Source: Rickettsiaceae bacterium (lineage in GTDB: Bacteria; Pseudomonadota; Alphaproteobacteria; Rickettsiales; Rickettsiaceae). From it: a stretch of 64,000 bases of DNA. Every line of letters begins with the position of its first letter. Within the stretch, counting starts at the first letter, position 1. The stretch lies in contig JAQXDF010000040.1 of NCBI GenBank assembly GCA_029251475.1, positions 18,535-82,534 of the forward strand, in the 5' to 3' direction. The notes under the pieces were generated by a model. That model did not search any database, was not told the DNA's origin, and saw nothing but the letters and a program-made list of their open reading frames with translations. The translations under genes and the position numbers were made by a program. Of the stretch, positions 51,118 to 62,144 are shown one piece after another.

Positions 51118-53786
51118 TTTCGCCTAGCAAGGTGAGAGTAATTATCGTATTTCATAAGATTCGATTCAATAATGAAATGTTTGTTTTGAACGTAGTGCTC
51201 TAGTAAATTGATTAGCCCTTGTTTATGTAGATCTATATCTTCTTGAGTAATGGCGATGTCAGTTGTGCTAATATATGGCTGAGAGCTGTTGATTTTCACA
51301 TAAGATAGTGTACATACCTTTGAGCTATTAATAGCAAAGCCATTTTCTGCCAATATTATAGCTTCTACTAGCAGCTGTGGAGATAGTCCAGATAATACAT
51401 CTTTTTTGCTGGGAGCAGCTCCTGTCTTGTAATCAAGAATAGTAGCAACATGATCTTGGTTGATATCTATACGATCTGCAATAGCTATAAGGGTAATTTC
51501 CTGGTTGCATATATTTAATTTTAGTTTTCCTTTTAGTTCACTATAAACATGTATTGCATTTTCGCGCCTTGCTTCATCAAATAATATAAACTCAGGTGCA
51601 ATGGCCGTTATTTTTGTTAACCAGGCCTTTTTACTGCTGCTAGGTATTTCAAGTGTTACTAAAATATTTGAAGCTAGTTCAATAAATTTTAACTCCTTGT
51701 GTAGATTATGTTTTTTATAAGTTTGCGTATATTGCTCAGCTACTAAGTGAAAGAAATTACCGAATTCCGCAAGATTTGGCCGCTCATCTATTTCTTCTAT
51801 TTTCTTTAAATGCAATATTTTTTTAGCATAAAAATTATAAGGTGCGCGAATAAGCATCTCAATGTCTGTAGCAGATAATTGCTTTGGGAATTCGTTGCTT
51901 TTAGCGTAAATATTAGAATTAGTTTGTTGAACGTCTTGATCAGAATGAGGTCTCGCTGATAATACATTTAATTTGCTGCCTAATATATGCATAAGATGTA
52001 AAATAAAAGGTGATGGGGATAGCTGCTTGCTACTTCCTTGTCTTTTAGATCTGGTAAGTACAATGTTTTTATTATGCAGATTAAGATAAAAATCGTAAAG
52101 TGTGTTGCCCAAATTCATTAGGTTTTTGTCCATACCTAATTCTTTTTGCATTTGAGTGTTTAACCAAGGGCTACTAATTGTAGATGATGGATAAATTCCT
52201 TCATTTAGGTCGCTTATAATCATTAAATCATAATTTATAAAAGTCGCCTCGTGTGCACGACATATAGTAATATTAGACGCAGATTTGGTTTCTATGATTC
52301 TCCCTCCCTCACAAAGCTGTTTAAATATTTCAGGAAATTCTGTTATATCATTTAAAGTTAACTGCCAATTAGATTGATTAATTTCAGTAAGCGAGGCAGC
52401 TACAGCGGGGCAAGATTGCCAAATGCTAGGTAATAGTAGTTCAATATTTTTTATAATTTGTTTAAATATGCCAGAAAATTTCTTAGACTTTATGCGGTCT
52501 GTGAATATAGGAGATATTTGTTGATAATAGTCTTTTAATTCATTGCTAGCATGTTGTTCTATAAGTTCGGATATAGAAGTTATACTAGAGGCTAGTCGGT
52601 TCTTTGCTCGTACTAAATTTTTGAGTTCTTGGCTATGCGGAGAATTAATTAGAGGATGAGATAAGATCGCAAACAGACTCTTGGTGCTAAATTCACAGCA
52701 TAGATGTTCAGCAACTAATAGAGCTAAAGAAATAGCTGGTTGTTGCAGAAGGTTTTTACCCCACAGATCGTGGTGTTCTAAATTATATTTGTCCAAAAAA
52801 TTGCAATATTGTTCTTTTGATTGACCATTATGAACTATAATTGCTATTTTTTTATCTGGTGTCTTCAGGCATTGAAGAGCAATATATTCTGCTTCATGAA
52901 ATATATTATCAAATTCTATGTAGTCTATTTTATTCTCTAAAGAATTAGAGCTACTAGAAGAGACAAGCTTATCTAGAATGCTGTAGTTGGGAATGCCCAG
53001 TTTTATAGGATTAGGTTGCGCTTGTAGTAAGTTAAGTAGTTGATAGATTTGATATAATGCATCTTCAGGAGATAGCTTTAGGTTCAAATCAATATCAGCT
53101 GGTGGTAATATTAATTCAACATTTTTTAAGTCTAAAGATTCCTGGATGAAGTTATTACTAATCAAATTGTCACCAGTAACCCCAGCAAATAATAGATATT
53201 CATCTTGGTTGTTTCTGAGTCTGTTTATTTCTGCATCAAAGATTAGTTTTTGATATGAAGCGCGCGTCATTTTATGCAAAGATTCGATTTTTTCTTGCCA
53301 GTTACAAGAGGCGTAGCAGAGAAAATCATAGATAGTGTGCCAATGTTCTGCTTGATCTAGCGTCGGCAAGTTCTCTAATTTTGCAAAATCAATATTATTG
53401 GTTTCAAACTCAAAAAACAAATTCGCAAGTGATGGAGCTAGTCGTAAACTTTGAGCTAAATTATAGCCAAGCTTTGTGTAAGAGTGAATTGTTGCCGCTA
53501 ACGTTATTTTTTCTTCTAGTTTGCTGATGCAACCAATTTGCTGAGATGGAATTTGGAATACTTCTTCACTTTCGGCCATTAGACCATTAAAGGGAATAAT
53601 AGTGGGAAGAAGGCTTGTTTGAAAGTTAGTAATAAATGTTTTTTCTAGCTCGCTACAAAGCAGAGCACTGGGCAATATAATTTTTAATTTTGAAAGGTCT
53701 CTAGAGTAATGCTCTCCTACAAAATCTACAATTTCCTGCAAAAAACTTTCTTTAGTACTGGTTTGGTAAATTTGCATTATATCCAC
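51114..53786 (-). CDS. addB: AddB-like double-strand break repair protein (PD-(D/E)XK nuclease C-terminus)
   Basis: 890 aa. The C-terminal IADRIDINQDHVATILDYKTG is the RecB-family D..D.K nuclease motif. Size and architecture fit alphaproteobacterial AddB. Confidence 0.6.
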   Translation of the reverse strand: MDIMQIYQTSTKESFLQEIVDFVGEHYSRDLSKLKIILPSALLCSELEKTFITNFQTSLLPTIIPFNGLMAESEEVFQIPSQQIGCISKLEEKITLAATIHSYTKLGYNLAQSLRLAPSLANLFFEFETNNIDFAKLENLPTLDQAEHWHTIYDFLCYASCNWQEKIESLHKMTRASYQKLIFDAEINRLRNNQDEYLLFAGVTGDNLISNNFIQESLDLKNVELILPPADIDLNLKLSPEDALYQIYQLLNLLQAQPNPIKLGIPNYSILDKLVSSSSSNSLENKIDYIEFDNIFHEAEYIALQCLKTPDKKIAIIVHNGQSKEQYCNFLDKYNLEHHDLWGKNLLQQPAISLALLVAEHLCCEFSTKSLFAILSHPLINSPHSQELKNLVRAKNRLASSITSISELIEQHASNELKDYYQQISPIFTDRIKSKKFSGIFKQIIKNIELLLPSIWQSCPAVAASLTEINQSNWQLTLNDITEFPEIFKQLCEGGRIIETKSASNITICRAHEATFINYDLMIISDLNEGIYPSSTISSPWLNTQMQKELGMDKNLMNLGNTLYDFYLNLHNKNIVLTRSKRQGSSKQLSPSPFILHLMHILGSKLNVLSARPHSDQDVQQTNSNIYAKSNEFPKQLSATDIEMLIRAPYNFYAKKILHLKKIEEIDERPNLAEFGNFFHLVAEQYTQTYKKHNLHKELKFIELASNILVTLEIPSSSKKAWLTKITAIAPEFILFDEARRENAIHVYSELKGKLKLNICNQEITLIAIADRIDINQDHVATILDYKTGAAPSKKDVLSGLSPQLLVEAIILAENGFAINSSKVCTLSYVKINSSQPYISTTDIAITQEDIDLHKQGLINLLEHYVQNKHFIIESNLMKYDNYSHLARRN

Positions 53787-54202
53787 ATTAATAGAGAGTA
53801 ATATACGAGTCTAGATATAGAGCCTATAGTAATAGCTTTTATAGGCGGTATCTGACAAAAGCCAGAAAATAGCATTACGAATTTACCAAAAAATGGAATC
53901 GCACTAAGCATTAACATTAGGGGCAAATATGAGCTAGATCGTAATTTTTTTATTCTCTCATCTTTGTTTGCTCCTTCTTTTGCGTTTAAAGGAGATAGGA
54001 TTTTATAACAGGCCATGCCAAATATATAATTAACACATGATGATATCATGAAAGCTAGGCTAGAAATTATGATTATTAGATAGCCATTATAATGTCCAAA
54101 TATCTTCATTGCATGAATAGATAGTTCTGTAGAGCTATTAAATGCAAAATTGCTCACTAAAGTATCAACAAAAAGCATAGTGTATGTTTCAAATATAGTC
54201 AT
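53777..54202 (-). CDS. Small membrane protein, YqaA/DedA(VTT)-like
   Basis: 141 aa, 4 predicted TM, with topology and size like YqaA. Overlaps the addB start by 10 nt. Confidence 0.4.
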   Translation of the reverse strand: MTIFETYTMLFVDTLVSNFAFNSSTELSIHAMKIFGHYNGYLIIIISSLAFMISSCVNYIFGMACYKILSPLNAKEGANKDERIKKLRSSSYLPLMLMLSAIPFFGKFVMLFSGFCQIPPIKAITIGSISRLVYYSLLMWI

Positions 54203-54323
54203 ATTTTATAGTTTGTCTTTAATTTGGTTTTTATTAGCTAGCATCGGTAAATATACTTGCAAACTTGCCAATCTAGGTTTAATTTTAATATGTTAGTGTA
54301 ACATAATACTATTTGAGGAGAAA

Positions 54324-55838
54324 ATGTTAAATATTTCGTTTGAAGAAAAAAATCTATATGACAATGAAGCAATAGCTATATTGGTAAATGACCAGTTGAA
54401 AATAGAAGGTGAGGTTTTAGATATTGATCATAAATATCAGGGCATTATCTCTAAGGCTATCAAAAATTCTAATAAATTTAAAGGTCAGATGGTGCAGGTT
54501 CTATCTTTGACGGCATCAGACAAAGAAGGGGGGATTTCTGATATTATAGTTGTTGGTATAGGTGATGAATTAAAACTAAAATCCTATCAGCTAGAAGAAA
54601 TAGGCGGAAGAATATATTCTTATGCAAAGGCTTCTAAGGCTATTAATATTGGAATCAAAATACATTCTAATATAGGAAGTTTTGATGTTAACGAAGCATC
54701 TTCTTTGATTGCTAGCGGAGGTTTATTAGCTTCGTACAAGTTTGATAAATATCTGACTAAGCAAAAAGAAGAAGAAAAATTTGTTACAAAGGATTTTAAT
54801 ATCATAGTGGAAGATATAGAAAGTGCATATAAAGCGCTTGAAGAGAAAAAAGCTATAGCTATGGGAGTTTATTTCGCAAGAGATCTAGTAAGCGAAGTGC
54901 CAAATATATTGTATCCAGAAAGCTATGCAGAAAGAATTGTTGAAAAGCTTGAGCCACTTGGAATTGATGTTGAGGTGCTTGGAGAGCGTGAGATGCTAAA
55001 TCTTGGCATGGGAGCATTGCTTGGCGTGGGACAAGGATCTGCTCGTGAATCAAAGCTAGTTATCATGAAATATGAAGGTGGCGAGTCTGACCAAGATCCA
55101 GTATGCTTTGTTGGTAAAGGAGTTACTTTTGATACAGGAGGTGTTTCTCTTAAGCCGTCAGCTAATATGGGTGATATGAAGCATGATATGGGCGGATCTG
55201 CTGCAGTAGTTGGAGCTATGAAAGCATTAGCTTTGCGCAGCGCAAAGGTCAATGTTGTTGGTATAGTTGGTTTGGTTGAGAATATGCCGGGCAGCAATGC
55301 ACAAAGGCCGGGAGATGTGGTAACTAGTATGTCTGGGCAAACTATTGAAGTATTAAATACCGATGCTGAAGGGCGTCTTGTGCTATGCGACTGCGTCACA
55401 TACTTGCAGAAGAATTTTAAGCCAGATTGCGTTATAGATCTTGCAACACTTACTGGAGCTATTTTGGTAGCGCTAGCTAGTACTTACGCTGGTTGTTTTG
55501 CAAATGATGATGATCTAGCCAGTAAATTAATTGCGTCTGGCGCTGATGTGAATGAAAAATTATGGAGAATGCCTTTGCATAGTGATTTTGATGCGATGTT
55601 AAAATCACCAGTTGCAGATATGGCTAACATTGGAAATAAAGGCGGCATGGCAGGAAGCTCTACTGCGGCGCATTTTATTGAAAGATTTATTGATGAAGGA
55701 GTCAAATGGGCTCATCTTGATATTGCTGGAACAGCTTGGGATAAAGACGGAAAAAATCCAATTTGTCCAGCGGGAGGAGTGGGTTTTGGCGTAAGATTGC
55801 TGAACCAATTCATACAGGATAATTATGAGTCAAAATAA
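54324..55838 (+). CDS. pepA: Leucyl aminopeptidase (M17)
   Basis: 504 aa with VGKGVTFDTGG, the NTDAEGRL signature and DIAG. Confidence 0.96.
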   Translation: MLNISFEEKNLYDNEAIAILVNDQLKIEGEVLDIDHKYQGIISKAIKNSNKFKGQMVQVLSLTASDKEGGISDIIVVGIGDELKLKSYQLEEIGGRIYSYAKASKAINIGIKIHSNIGSFDVNEASSLIASGGLLASYKFDKYLTKQKEEEKFVTKDFNIIVEDIESAYKALEEKKAIAMGVYFARDLVSEVPNILYPESYAERIVEKLEPLGIDVEVLGEREMLNLGMGALLGVGQGSARESKLVIMKYEGGESDQDPVCFVGKGVTFDTGGVSLKPSANMGDMKHDMGGSAAVVGAMKALALRSAKVNVVGIVGLVENMPGSNAQRPGDVVTSMSGQTIEVLNTDAEGRLVLCDCVTYLQKNFKPDCVIDLATLTGAILVALASTYAGCFANDDDLASKLIASGADVNEKLWRMPLHSDFDAMLKSPVADMANIGNKGGMAGSSTAAHFIERFIDEGVKWAHLDIAGTAWDKDGKNPICPAGGVGFGVRLLNQFIQDNYESK

Positions 55839-56634
55839 GAAACCTCGTATTTTTGTTGTTGGTAATGAAAAAGGTGGAGCGGGTAAAACTACTTGCTCCA
55901 TGCATTTAATTGTAGGTCTATTAGATCGTGGATTTAGAGTTTCAACTATCGATACAGATTCAAGGCAACATTCTCTAACGAGTTATATTAATAATCGAGA
56001 TTCATATAACAAACAAAACCCTGACCGCCAAGTGGTAATGCCTTTGCATTTTCACTTAAGGGGAGTGGATAATGATAATTTGTCTGAAAAAGAGATGCTG
56101 GAAAAAAATCAGTTTGAACAAGCTTTTAATAAAGCAAAGGACAATGCTGATTTTATTGTGATTGATACTCCTGGGAGCCATACTAATCTTTCGCGTATCG
56201 CGCATTCATATGCCGATACTGTGATAACTCCGATAAATGATAGTTTTGTTGATTTGGATGTGATCGCGAAAGCTAATGCAAAGGACATAAATAGTTTTAC
56301 TCCATCTATATATAGCCAAATGCTATGGGAGCAAAAAATGGAAAGAGCCGCTAGAGATCAAGGGTCAATTGACTGGGTAGTAGTGCGTAATCGCCTTAGT
56401 TCTTTAGATGCTCAAAATAAACGTAATGTCCATGAGGCTCTAGATAAAATATCAAAACGTATTGCATTTCGAGTAGCTCCTGGATTTAGCGAGCGCGTGA
56501 TTTTTAGAGAGTTGTTTTTACATGGTTTGACTTTACTTGATCTGGATAAAGCTAATTTTATTAAATCATTCAGCTTGTCGCATGTAGCAGCTAGGCAAGA
56601 AATTAGAGATTTTTTGGAGAGTTTGAAGGTTTAG
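55825..56634 (+). CDS. mipZ: ParA-superfamily ATPase, MipZ-like division-site regulator
   Basis: 269 aa. IFVVGNEKGGAGKTTCSMHL..., IDTDSRQHSL and the length resemble Caulobacter MipZ rather than plasmid ParA. Confidence 0.65.
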   Translation: MSQNKKPRIFVVGNEKGGAGKTTCSMHLIVGLLDRGFRVSTIDTDSRQHSLTSYINNRDSYNKQNPDRQVVMPLHFHLRGVDNDNLSEKEMLEKNQFEQAFNKAKDNADFIVIDTPGSHTNLSRIAHSYADTVITPINDSFVDLDVIAKANAKDINSFTPSIYSQMLWEQKMERAARDQGSIDWVVVRNRLSSLDAQNKRNVHEALDKISKRIAFRVAPGFSERVIFRELFLHGLTLLDLDKANFIKSFSLSHVAARQEIRDFLESLKV

Positions 56635-57918
56635 ATGATATATTTCATGCGTATAGTATCATTGATATTAGTGGTATCTTTTATATACGTGATGTATAAA
56701 AATATCTCGTTAAAAGCAAAATTAAATTTTTTAGAGGAGTCAGACTTTTCCAATAAACTTCTTATAGAAAATCTCGAAAAAATAAAAATTGAATACATAA
56801 AAAAAATAGAACAACTATCTAGTCAATTAACTCATCAAGGACAATTTATTTCAGAGTTTGATAAACTTAGAGATGAATCGAAGCAATCAACTAAAGCGGC
56901 ATTATTTGATTTGGGTAATGAGCTATCTAAGCAATTAATTGAGATTCACAAAAAAGAAAATAAAGAAAGTCGAGATGCTGTTGAGCAAAATATAAGCAAG
57001 ACATCCGTAAAATTTAACGCTGAATTTGAACGAATTGTCAATATGGTTGGAGCTTTGAGTAAAGAAATATCCCAATCAAAAGATACAGTCGACGTCATTA
57101 AAAATGCATTATTATCGCCATCTGGCGCAGGAAGTTTGGCGGAAATAACTCTTGAAAACATTCTGATATCCTCTGGTTTACGAATTAATTTGGATTTCAT
57201 TATGCAGTATAATGTGATGCAGGATGATTCAGTTTTGCGCCCAGATTCTATAATCTTTCTACCTAATGATAAATTAATGGTGGTAGATGCAAAAGCCTCT
57301 AAGTTTTTAGTAGAAGACAGAGGTGATTTTAAGAATTTAGCTAAAACTATGAATACGCATCTACGTTCTTTAAGTAGTAAAAATTATGCAGAAAGCGTAA
57401 AGAAAAACTTATTTGATAAAAAAAGAAACATTGGAAATATAATTACTTTAATGTTCGTGCCATCAGAGCATGCTATTGAAAAAATTATTGAGGCAGATGG
57501 AGAGTTTATGAATAAGGCCTGGAAGGCAAATATTTTTCCAGTAGGTCCGGCGGGTTTGATGAATATGCTATCATTTGCTAGATTCCAAATTTCTGAACAA
57601 ATGATGATGCACAATCATCAACTCATTATAGAAGAGGTAAAGAAATTATTATCCTCAGTTGGCACTATGGCAGATCATTCGGCTCGCTTGGGAAGCAGTC
57701 TGTCTGGCGCAGTGAATCATTATGATAAGTTTGCTGCTTCGTTTAATCGCAACTTTTTATCTAAAGCTCGTAATATTAGTAAAATGGGTATTGAAGGTGG
57801 TATGAAAAAGTCACAAGAATCTCTGCAGCGCTTCCATCTAGTTACTTCTCAGTCGGACCCAATGGAAATAGAATCTGATAAGGATTCCGAAGGCGATAAG
57901 AATCTAGAAAAAGCTTAG
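56635..57918 (+). CDS. rmuC: DNA recombination protein RmuC
   Basis: 427 aa with an N-terminal TM, a coiled coil, and a C-terminal nuclease-like core (PDSIIFLPNDKLMVVDAK..., LMFVPSEHA). Confidence 0.8.
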   Translation: MIYFMRIVSLILVVSFIYVMYKNISLKAKLNFLEESDFSNKLLIENLEKIKIEYIKKIEQLSSQLTHQGQFISEFDKLRDESKQSTKAALFDLGNELSKQLIEIHKKENKESRDAVEQNISKTSVKFNAEFERIVNMVGALSKEISQSKDTVDVIKNALLSPSGAGSLAEITLENILISSGLRINLDFIMQYNVMQDDSVLRPDSIIFLPNDKLMVVDAKASKFLVEDRGDFKNLAKTMNTHLRSLSSKNYAESVKKNLFDKKRNIGNIITLMFVPSEHAIEKIIEADGEFMNKAWKANIFPVGPAGLMNMLSFARFQISEQMMMHNHQLIIEEVKKLLSSVGTMADHSARLGSSLSGAVNHYDKFAASFNRNFLSKARNISKMGIEGGMKKSQESLQRFHLVTSQSDPMEIESDKDSEGDKNLEKA

Positions 57919-57943
57919 TATTGAGTGTAGGTAAAAATACACA

Positions 57944-58279
57944 TTATACCCCTCCTGGGTTGTCAATTACATGCTGCCAGTCTTCATAACAGGATGAATC
58001 CCCACTTAAATCTTGCCAACCATCGTCATCGTCTTCTCTCTCGATGATTGGAGATAGACAGTTATGATCTAGGCTCGTTCCAGAAGAAGTGTGATATGCA
58101 TTGTTTTTGTTTTCTCTAGTTCTTATTGGTGATTGGTAATTATGTGTCTGGTTGGGTTGGTTTGAAGAAGAACATAAGCTGCTTAGATTAGCTATGGTCT
58201 CTCCTAGATTTTGGATATTTTGAAAAATAGATCGCAAAGAGCAACAAGGTAACGATGAATCACTATTTTCTTTAAACAT
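57944..58279 (-). CDS. Hypothetical protein (orphan; Ser/Cys/Asn-rich with an acidic Trp-containing C-terminus)
   Basis: 111-aa ORF with no recognisable domain. Coding status is supported only by ORF length in an AT-rich genome. Confidence 0.4.
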   Translation of the reverse strand: MFKENSDSSLPCCSLRSIFQNIQNLGETIANLSSLCSSSNQPNQTHNYQSPIRTRENKNNAYHTSSGTSLDHNCLSPIIEREDDDDGWQDLSGDSSCYEDWQHVIDNPGGV

Positions 58280-58300
58280 AATTGAACCTATAGTTATATT

Positions 58301-60706
58301 TTAATAAATTTCTTGTGAGCCGTCATGGTCCTGAATTTTATCAAAGGGATCGCTAACTTGTGTTTGTGGTCCTTGAATTATGTCTGATTCTATAATTTCA
58401 AGTTTTTTATTATCTGATTTTTGGGGTGTATCTGCTTTAAGAGCCTCCATAATGGAACCCTTTTTAGTGGACAACTCTCCTGTTTTGTAATCTACCATTG
58501 CTAAGTTTATAGAATCAGGAACAATAAAATCAACGGAAGGCTCATCCTTATAGCCATTTTCCATAAAATTTGAAAATATAGGTAAGGCAATAGATGCTCC
58601 AGAAGCATACTTACCTAGGCTTCTTGGACCATCATAACCTACATAAGTTCCGACTACAATTTTAGGCGTAAAACCCATGAACCAAGCATCTTTAGATTGG
58701 TTAGTAGTTCCAGTTTTGCCTGCAATTATGTGTTTAAGATGTTTAGCATTTCTGCCTGTTCCACGCTGTATACCACCCATCATTAAAGAGATAATTTGAT
58801 AATCACTTGCTTCGTCAGTAATAATGTTACCTTTTTCTAGCTCAATTTTTGGAGTGATTATTTTCCCATTTTCGTCTAGTAAATATGATTTGCATTCTGG
58901 GCATTCAGTATAGTCTCGTTTATATATTACATTACCCTTGCTGTCCTTAATAAGCTCAATATAGTGAGGTTCAACCATACGACCGTTATTAGCAATAATG
59001 CTATATGCCATAGTCATTCTAGACAAAGTGGTTTCAAGAGCACCAAGAACCATAGATGGAACCACCATAGGGTTATCGTTAATACCAAAGCGTCTTATAA
59101 TTTCTCCTATAGCTTTCCATCCAGCAAATTCACCAACTCTGACCGTGACAGTATTGCGAGATTTTTCAAGCCCCATGCGCATAGTTATAGGACCTAGGAA
59201 GTTTTTTTCATAATTCTGAGGTGTCCATAATGGCAGGCCAGGGCCTTGCTCTATTTCTATTGGAGCATCATCAAAAATATCGGTAGGTTTTGCTCCAGCT
59301 TCAAGAGCGGCCAAATATACAAATGGTTTAATCAAAGATCCAGGTTGACGTTTTGCTTGAGTGACGCGATCAAATCTACTTACATCAAAATCATATCCAC
59401 CTTCAGAAGCAAGAACACGTCCTGTTTTATGCTCTACTACCATAATACCACCATTGACCTGTGGTATTTGTTGTAACACATAATTGTCTTTAGTTTTTGC
59501 TACGACTATAACATCACCGGCTTTTAATATTTTATGTACTGATAAAATCTTTGTGGCAGTCCATTTCATGTCTTTTAAGAAAATATGCGCAGTATTTTTA
59601 TTAGACAAACCTATCTTTGCATCATTGTGTTTGACATCTAATACGACAGCTAATTGATAATTACGTATTCCTAAAGGCTTGGGCAGGGAGCTCAAAGTTT
59701 CTTCCCAATTTTTAATATCAATATTTTTTAAAGGTCCTCTATATCCACGCTGATAATCATATTTTTTTATGCCTGAACGCAAAGCGCTTGCTGCCGCATT
59801 CTGCATTTTGGAGTCAGCACATGTAAAAATATTTAGGCCAGCAGTATAAAAATATTCTTCTCCGAACATTCCAACGACTTCTTCCCTTACTTTTTCTGCA
59901 TAGAAGTCTGCATCTAGAGTTTGGATTTTATCAAACTTTATAAGCTTTATAGGTTCAGCCATGGCTTCTTTGGCTTGCTCTTCTGTTATGTATCCATCTT
60001 CATACATTCGTCCTAATACGTAGTTTTTACGTTCTACGGCGCGCCCGTAATCACGTTCTGGGTTATATTTTGATGGCGCTTTTGGAAGAGATGCTAATAC
60101 GGCTGATTCATTTAGAGTAAGTTCTTCAACAGATTTATTGAAATAATTCAAAGCAGCAGAGGCTACTCCATAAGCTCCTTTGCCAAGATATATTTGATTT
60201 AAATATAATTCCAATATTTCTTCTTTTGTCAGGCTTTGACTGATCATATAAGCCAAAATAGCTTCTTTGATTTTTCGCTCCAATGAACGCTCAGATGTTA
60301 ATAAGAAGTTTTTCACTACTTGTTGAGTAATAGTAGAGCCACCCTCAACGCGTTTATGGTTAATAATTCGGGAGACATTGTTAACCGCTGCGCGTATTAT
60401 ACTAACGATATCGACGCCTTCATGGCTATAGAAATTTTTATCTTCTGCTGCAACAAAGGCTTCAATTAATGACTTTGGCACGGCACTAATAGGTACAAAT
60501 ATCCTATGCTCTCTGGCATATTCTTCCATCAATTTTGCATCGGATGAATATATCCTGGTAATTAATGGAGGATGATATTTCTTAAGTTGAGAATAATCTG
60601 GTAAGTCTAGGCTGTAATAATAAAAAATATAACCAACTACAAGGATGCCTACTAAAGAGCATAATAAGGCCATTTTGGTACAGAAAATTAAAAACCTTAA
60701 TATCAT
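58301..60706 (-). CDS. mrcA: Penicillin-binding protein 1A (bifunctional glycosyltransferase/transpeptidase)
   Basis: 801 aa with GT51 motifs (EDKNFYSHEGVD, GGSTITQQ), transpeptidase SLIKP (SxxK), and KTGTT. Confidence 0.95.
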   Translation of the reverse strand: MILRFLIFCTKMALLCSLVGILVVGYIFYYYSLDLPDYSQLKKYHPPLITRIYSSDAKLMEEYAREHRIFVPISAVPKSLIEAFVAAEDKNFYSHEGVDIVSIIRAAVNNVSRIINHKRVEGGSTITQQVVKNFLLTSERSLERKIKEAILAYMISQSLTKEEILELYLNQIYLGKGAYGVASAALNYFNKSVEELTLNESAVLASLPKAPSKYNPERDYGRAVERKNYVLGRMYEDGYITEEQAKEAMAEPIKLIKFDKIQTLDADFYAEKVREEVVGMFGEEYFYTAGLNIFTCADSKMQNAAASALRSGIKKYDYQRGYRGPLKNIDIKNWEETLSSLPKPLGIRNYQLAVVLDVKHNDAKIGLSNKNTAHIFLKDMKWTATKILSVHKILKAGDVIVVAKTKDNYVLQQIPQVNGGIMVVEHKTGRVLASEGGYDFDVSRFDRVTQAKRQPGSLIKPFVYLAALEAGAKPTDIFDDAPIEIEQGPGLPLWTPQNYEKNFLGPITMRMGLEKSRNTVTVRVGEFAGWKAIGEIIRRFGINDNPMVVPSMVLGALETTLSRMTMAYSIIANNGRMVEPHYIELIKDSKGNVIYKRDYTECPECKSYLLDENGKIITPKIELEKGNIITDEASDYQIISLMMGGIQRGTGRNAKHLKHIIAGKTGTTNQSKDAWFMGFTPKIVVGTYVGYDGPRSLGKYASGASIALPIFSNFMENGYKDEPSVDFIVPDSINLAMVDYKTGELSTKKGSIMEALKADTPQKSDNKKLEIIESDIIQGPQTQVSDPFDKIQDHDGSQEIY

Positions 60707-60708
60707 AT

Positions 60709-62043
60709 CTAAATTACTTCACCAGACACACTAATGGCAGACCCCTTAGTGATTTTTACATTAACTATTTTACCAATCAAGCTTTTATCAACATTATCTA
60801 TATATGCAGATTGCATATATTCTGTTTTACCAACGATATGGCCATCAAACTTTCCTGTTTTTTCAAATAATACCGGCATTATCTTTCCTACGCAACTTTC
60901 ATTAAATAGTAATTGCTGCTTAAAAAGCTCTTCTTGTAAAATTGCCAATCTCTTTACTTTTTCTTCTTCGGGCACTTGTTTCATTGAAGCGGCTGGAGTT
61001 CCTGGTCTTGGACTGTATTTAAAAGAAAAGCATTGGCCGTAACCAACTTTTTTTACAAGGTCTAAGGTGTCGGCAAAATCTTCATCGGTTTCTCCAGGGA
61101 ATCCTATAATGAAATCTGAAGATAGTATTAGATCTGGTCGAGCTACTCTTAGCTTATCAATGATTGTTATATATTCTTCCCGGCTATGTTTTCTATTCAT
61201 AGCTTTTAAAATTTTGTTTGATCCTGACTGGACTGGTAAATGCAAAAAGGGCATTAATTTTGGTTCTAAGCCATGCAATGCAATTAAATCATCATCCATA
61301 TCTCTTGGGTGAGAGGTCGTGTAACGAATTCTTTCAAGGCCTTTTATTTTAGCAACATGACGAATTAAATCAGCTATTGAGTAGATGGCGTCATCTCCTG
61401 CTTTACCGTGATAAGCATTAACATTTTGCCCAAGTAGATGTACTTCTAATGCACCATTTTCTACCACGGCCATTGATTCCCGATATATTTCTTCTACTTT
61501 TCTTGAAAATTCAGCTCCCCTAGTATATGGAACAACACAAAATGTACAGAATTTATCACATCCTTCTTGAATCGATACAAATGCACTAGCCCCTTGACCT
61601 TGGTAGTTTGTGGGTAAATTATCAAATTTTTCTTCTTCAACAAAATCAAGATCTATCAGGCGCTTCTCCGATCTAGCTAGTTTGGCTACCAAGTCGGGTA
61701 ATGTATGATAAGATTGTGGCCCAACTACGATATCAACATAATGTGCACGCCTAAAAATCTCTTCTCCTTCCGCTTGTCCAACGCACCCAGCTACTGCAAT
61801 AATCATATCACCAAGTCCTTGTTCTAGCCTGTAATCTTTCGCTTTTTTTACTCGTCCTAGCTCGGAATAAACTTTTTCAGATGCTTTTTCTCTGATGTGA
61901 CAGGTATTTAAAATCACCATATCTGCATCGTTCATATCATCAGTAGATTCAAAACCAAATGGAGTTAATAGTTCTTGCATTTTTATTGAATCATAGACGT
62001 TCATTTGACATCCATATGTTTTGATAAAAAGCTTTTTAGACAT
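60709..62043 (-). CDS. miaB: tRNA-2-methylthio-N6-dimethylallyladenosine synthase MiaB
   Basis: 444 aa, [14 protein letters not shown], radical-[14 protein letters not shown], and a TRAM domain at the end. Confidence 0.95.
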   Translation of the reverse strand: MSKKLFIKTYGCQMNVYDSIKMQELLTPFGFESTDDMNDADMVILNTCHIREKASEKVYSELGRVKKAKDYRLEQGLGDMIIAVAGCVGQAEGEEIFRRAHYVDIVVGPQSYHTLPDLVAKLARSEKRLIDLDFVEEEKFDNLPTNYQGQGASAFVSIQEGCDKFCTFCVVPYTRGAEFSRKVEEIYRESMAVVENGALEVHLLGQNVNAYHGKAGDDAIYSIADLIRHVAKIKGLERIRYTTSHPRDMDDDLIALHGLEPKLMPFLHLPVQSGSNKILKAMNRKHSREEYITIIDKLRVARPDLILSSDFIIGFPGETDEDFADTLDLVKKVGYGQCFSFKYSPRPGTPAASMKQVPEEEKVKRLAILQEELFKQQLLFNESCVGKIMPVLFEKTGKFDGHIVGKTEYMQSAYIDNVDKSLIGKIVNVKITKGSAISVSGEVI

Positions 62044-62144
62044 ATTTTTTTAGTGTTAGTTGGTTAATAGTACGTGACAAAAATTCCTGAGAAATATATC
62101 ATGTTATAAACAATATTTATATAAAATAATTAAAAATAGCTCTC

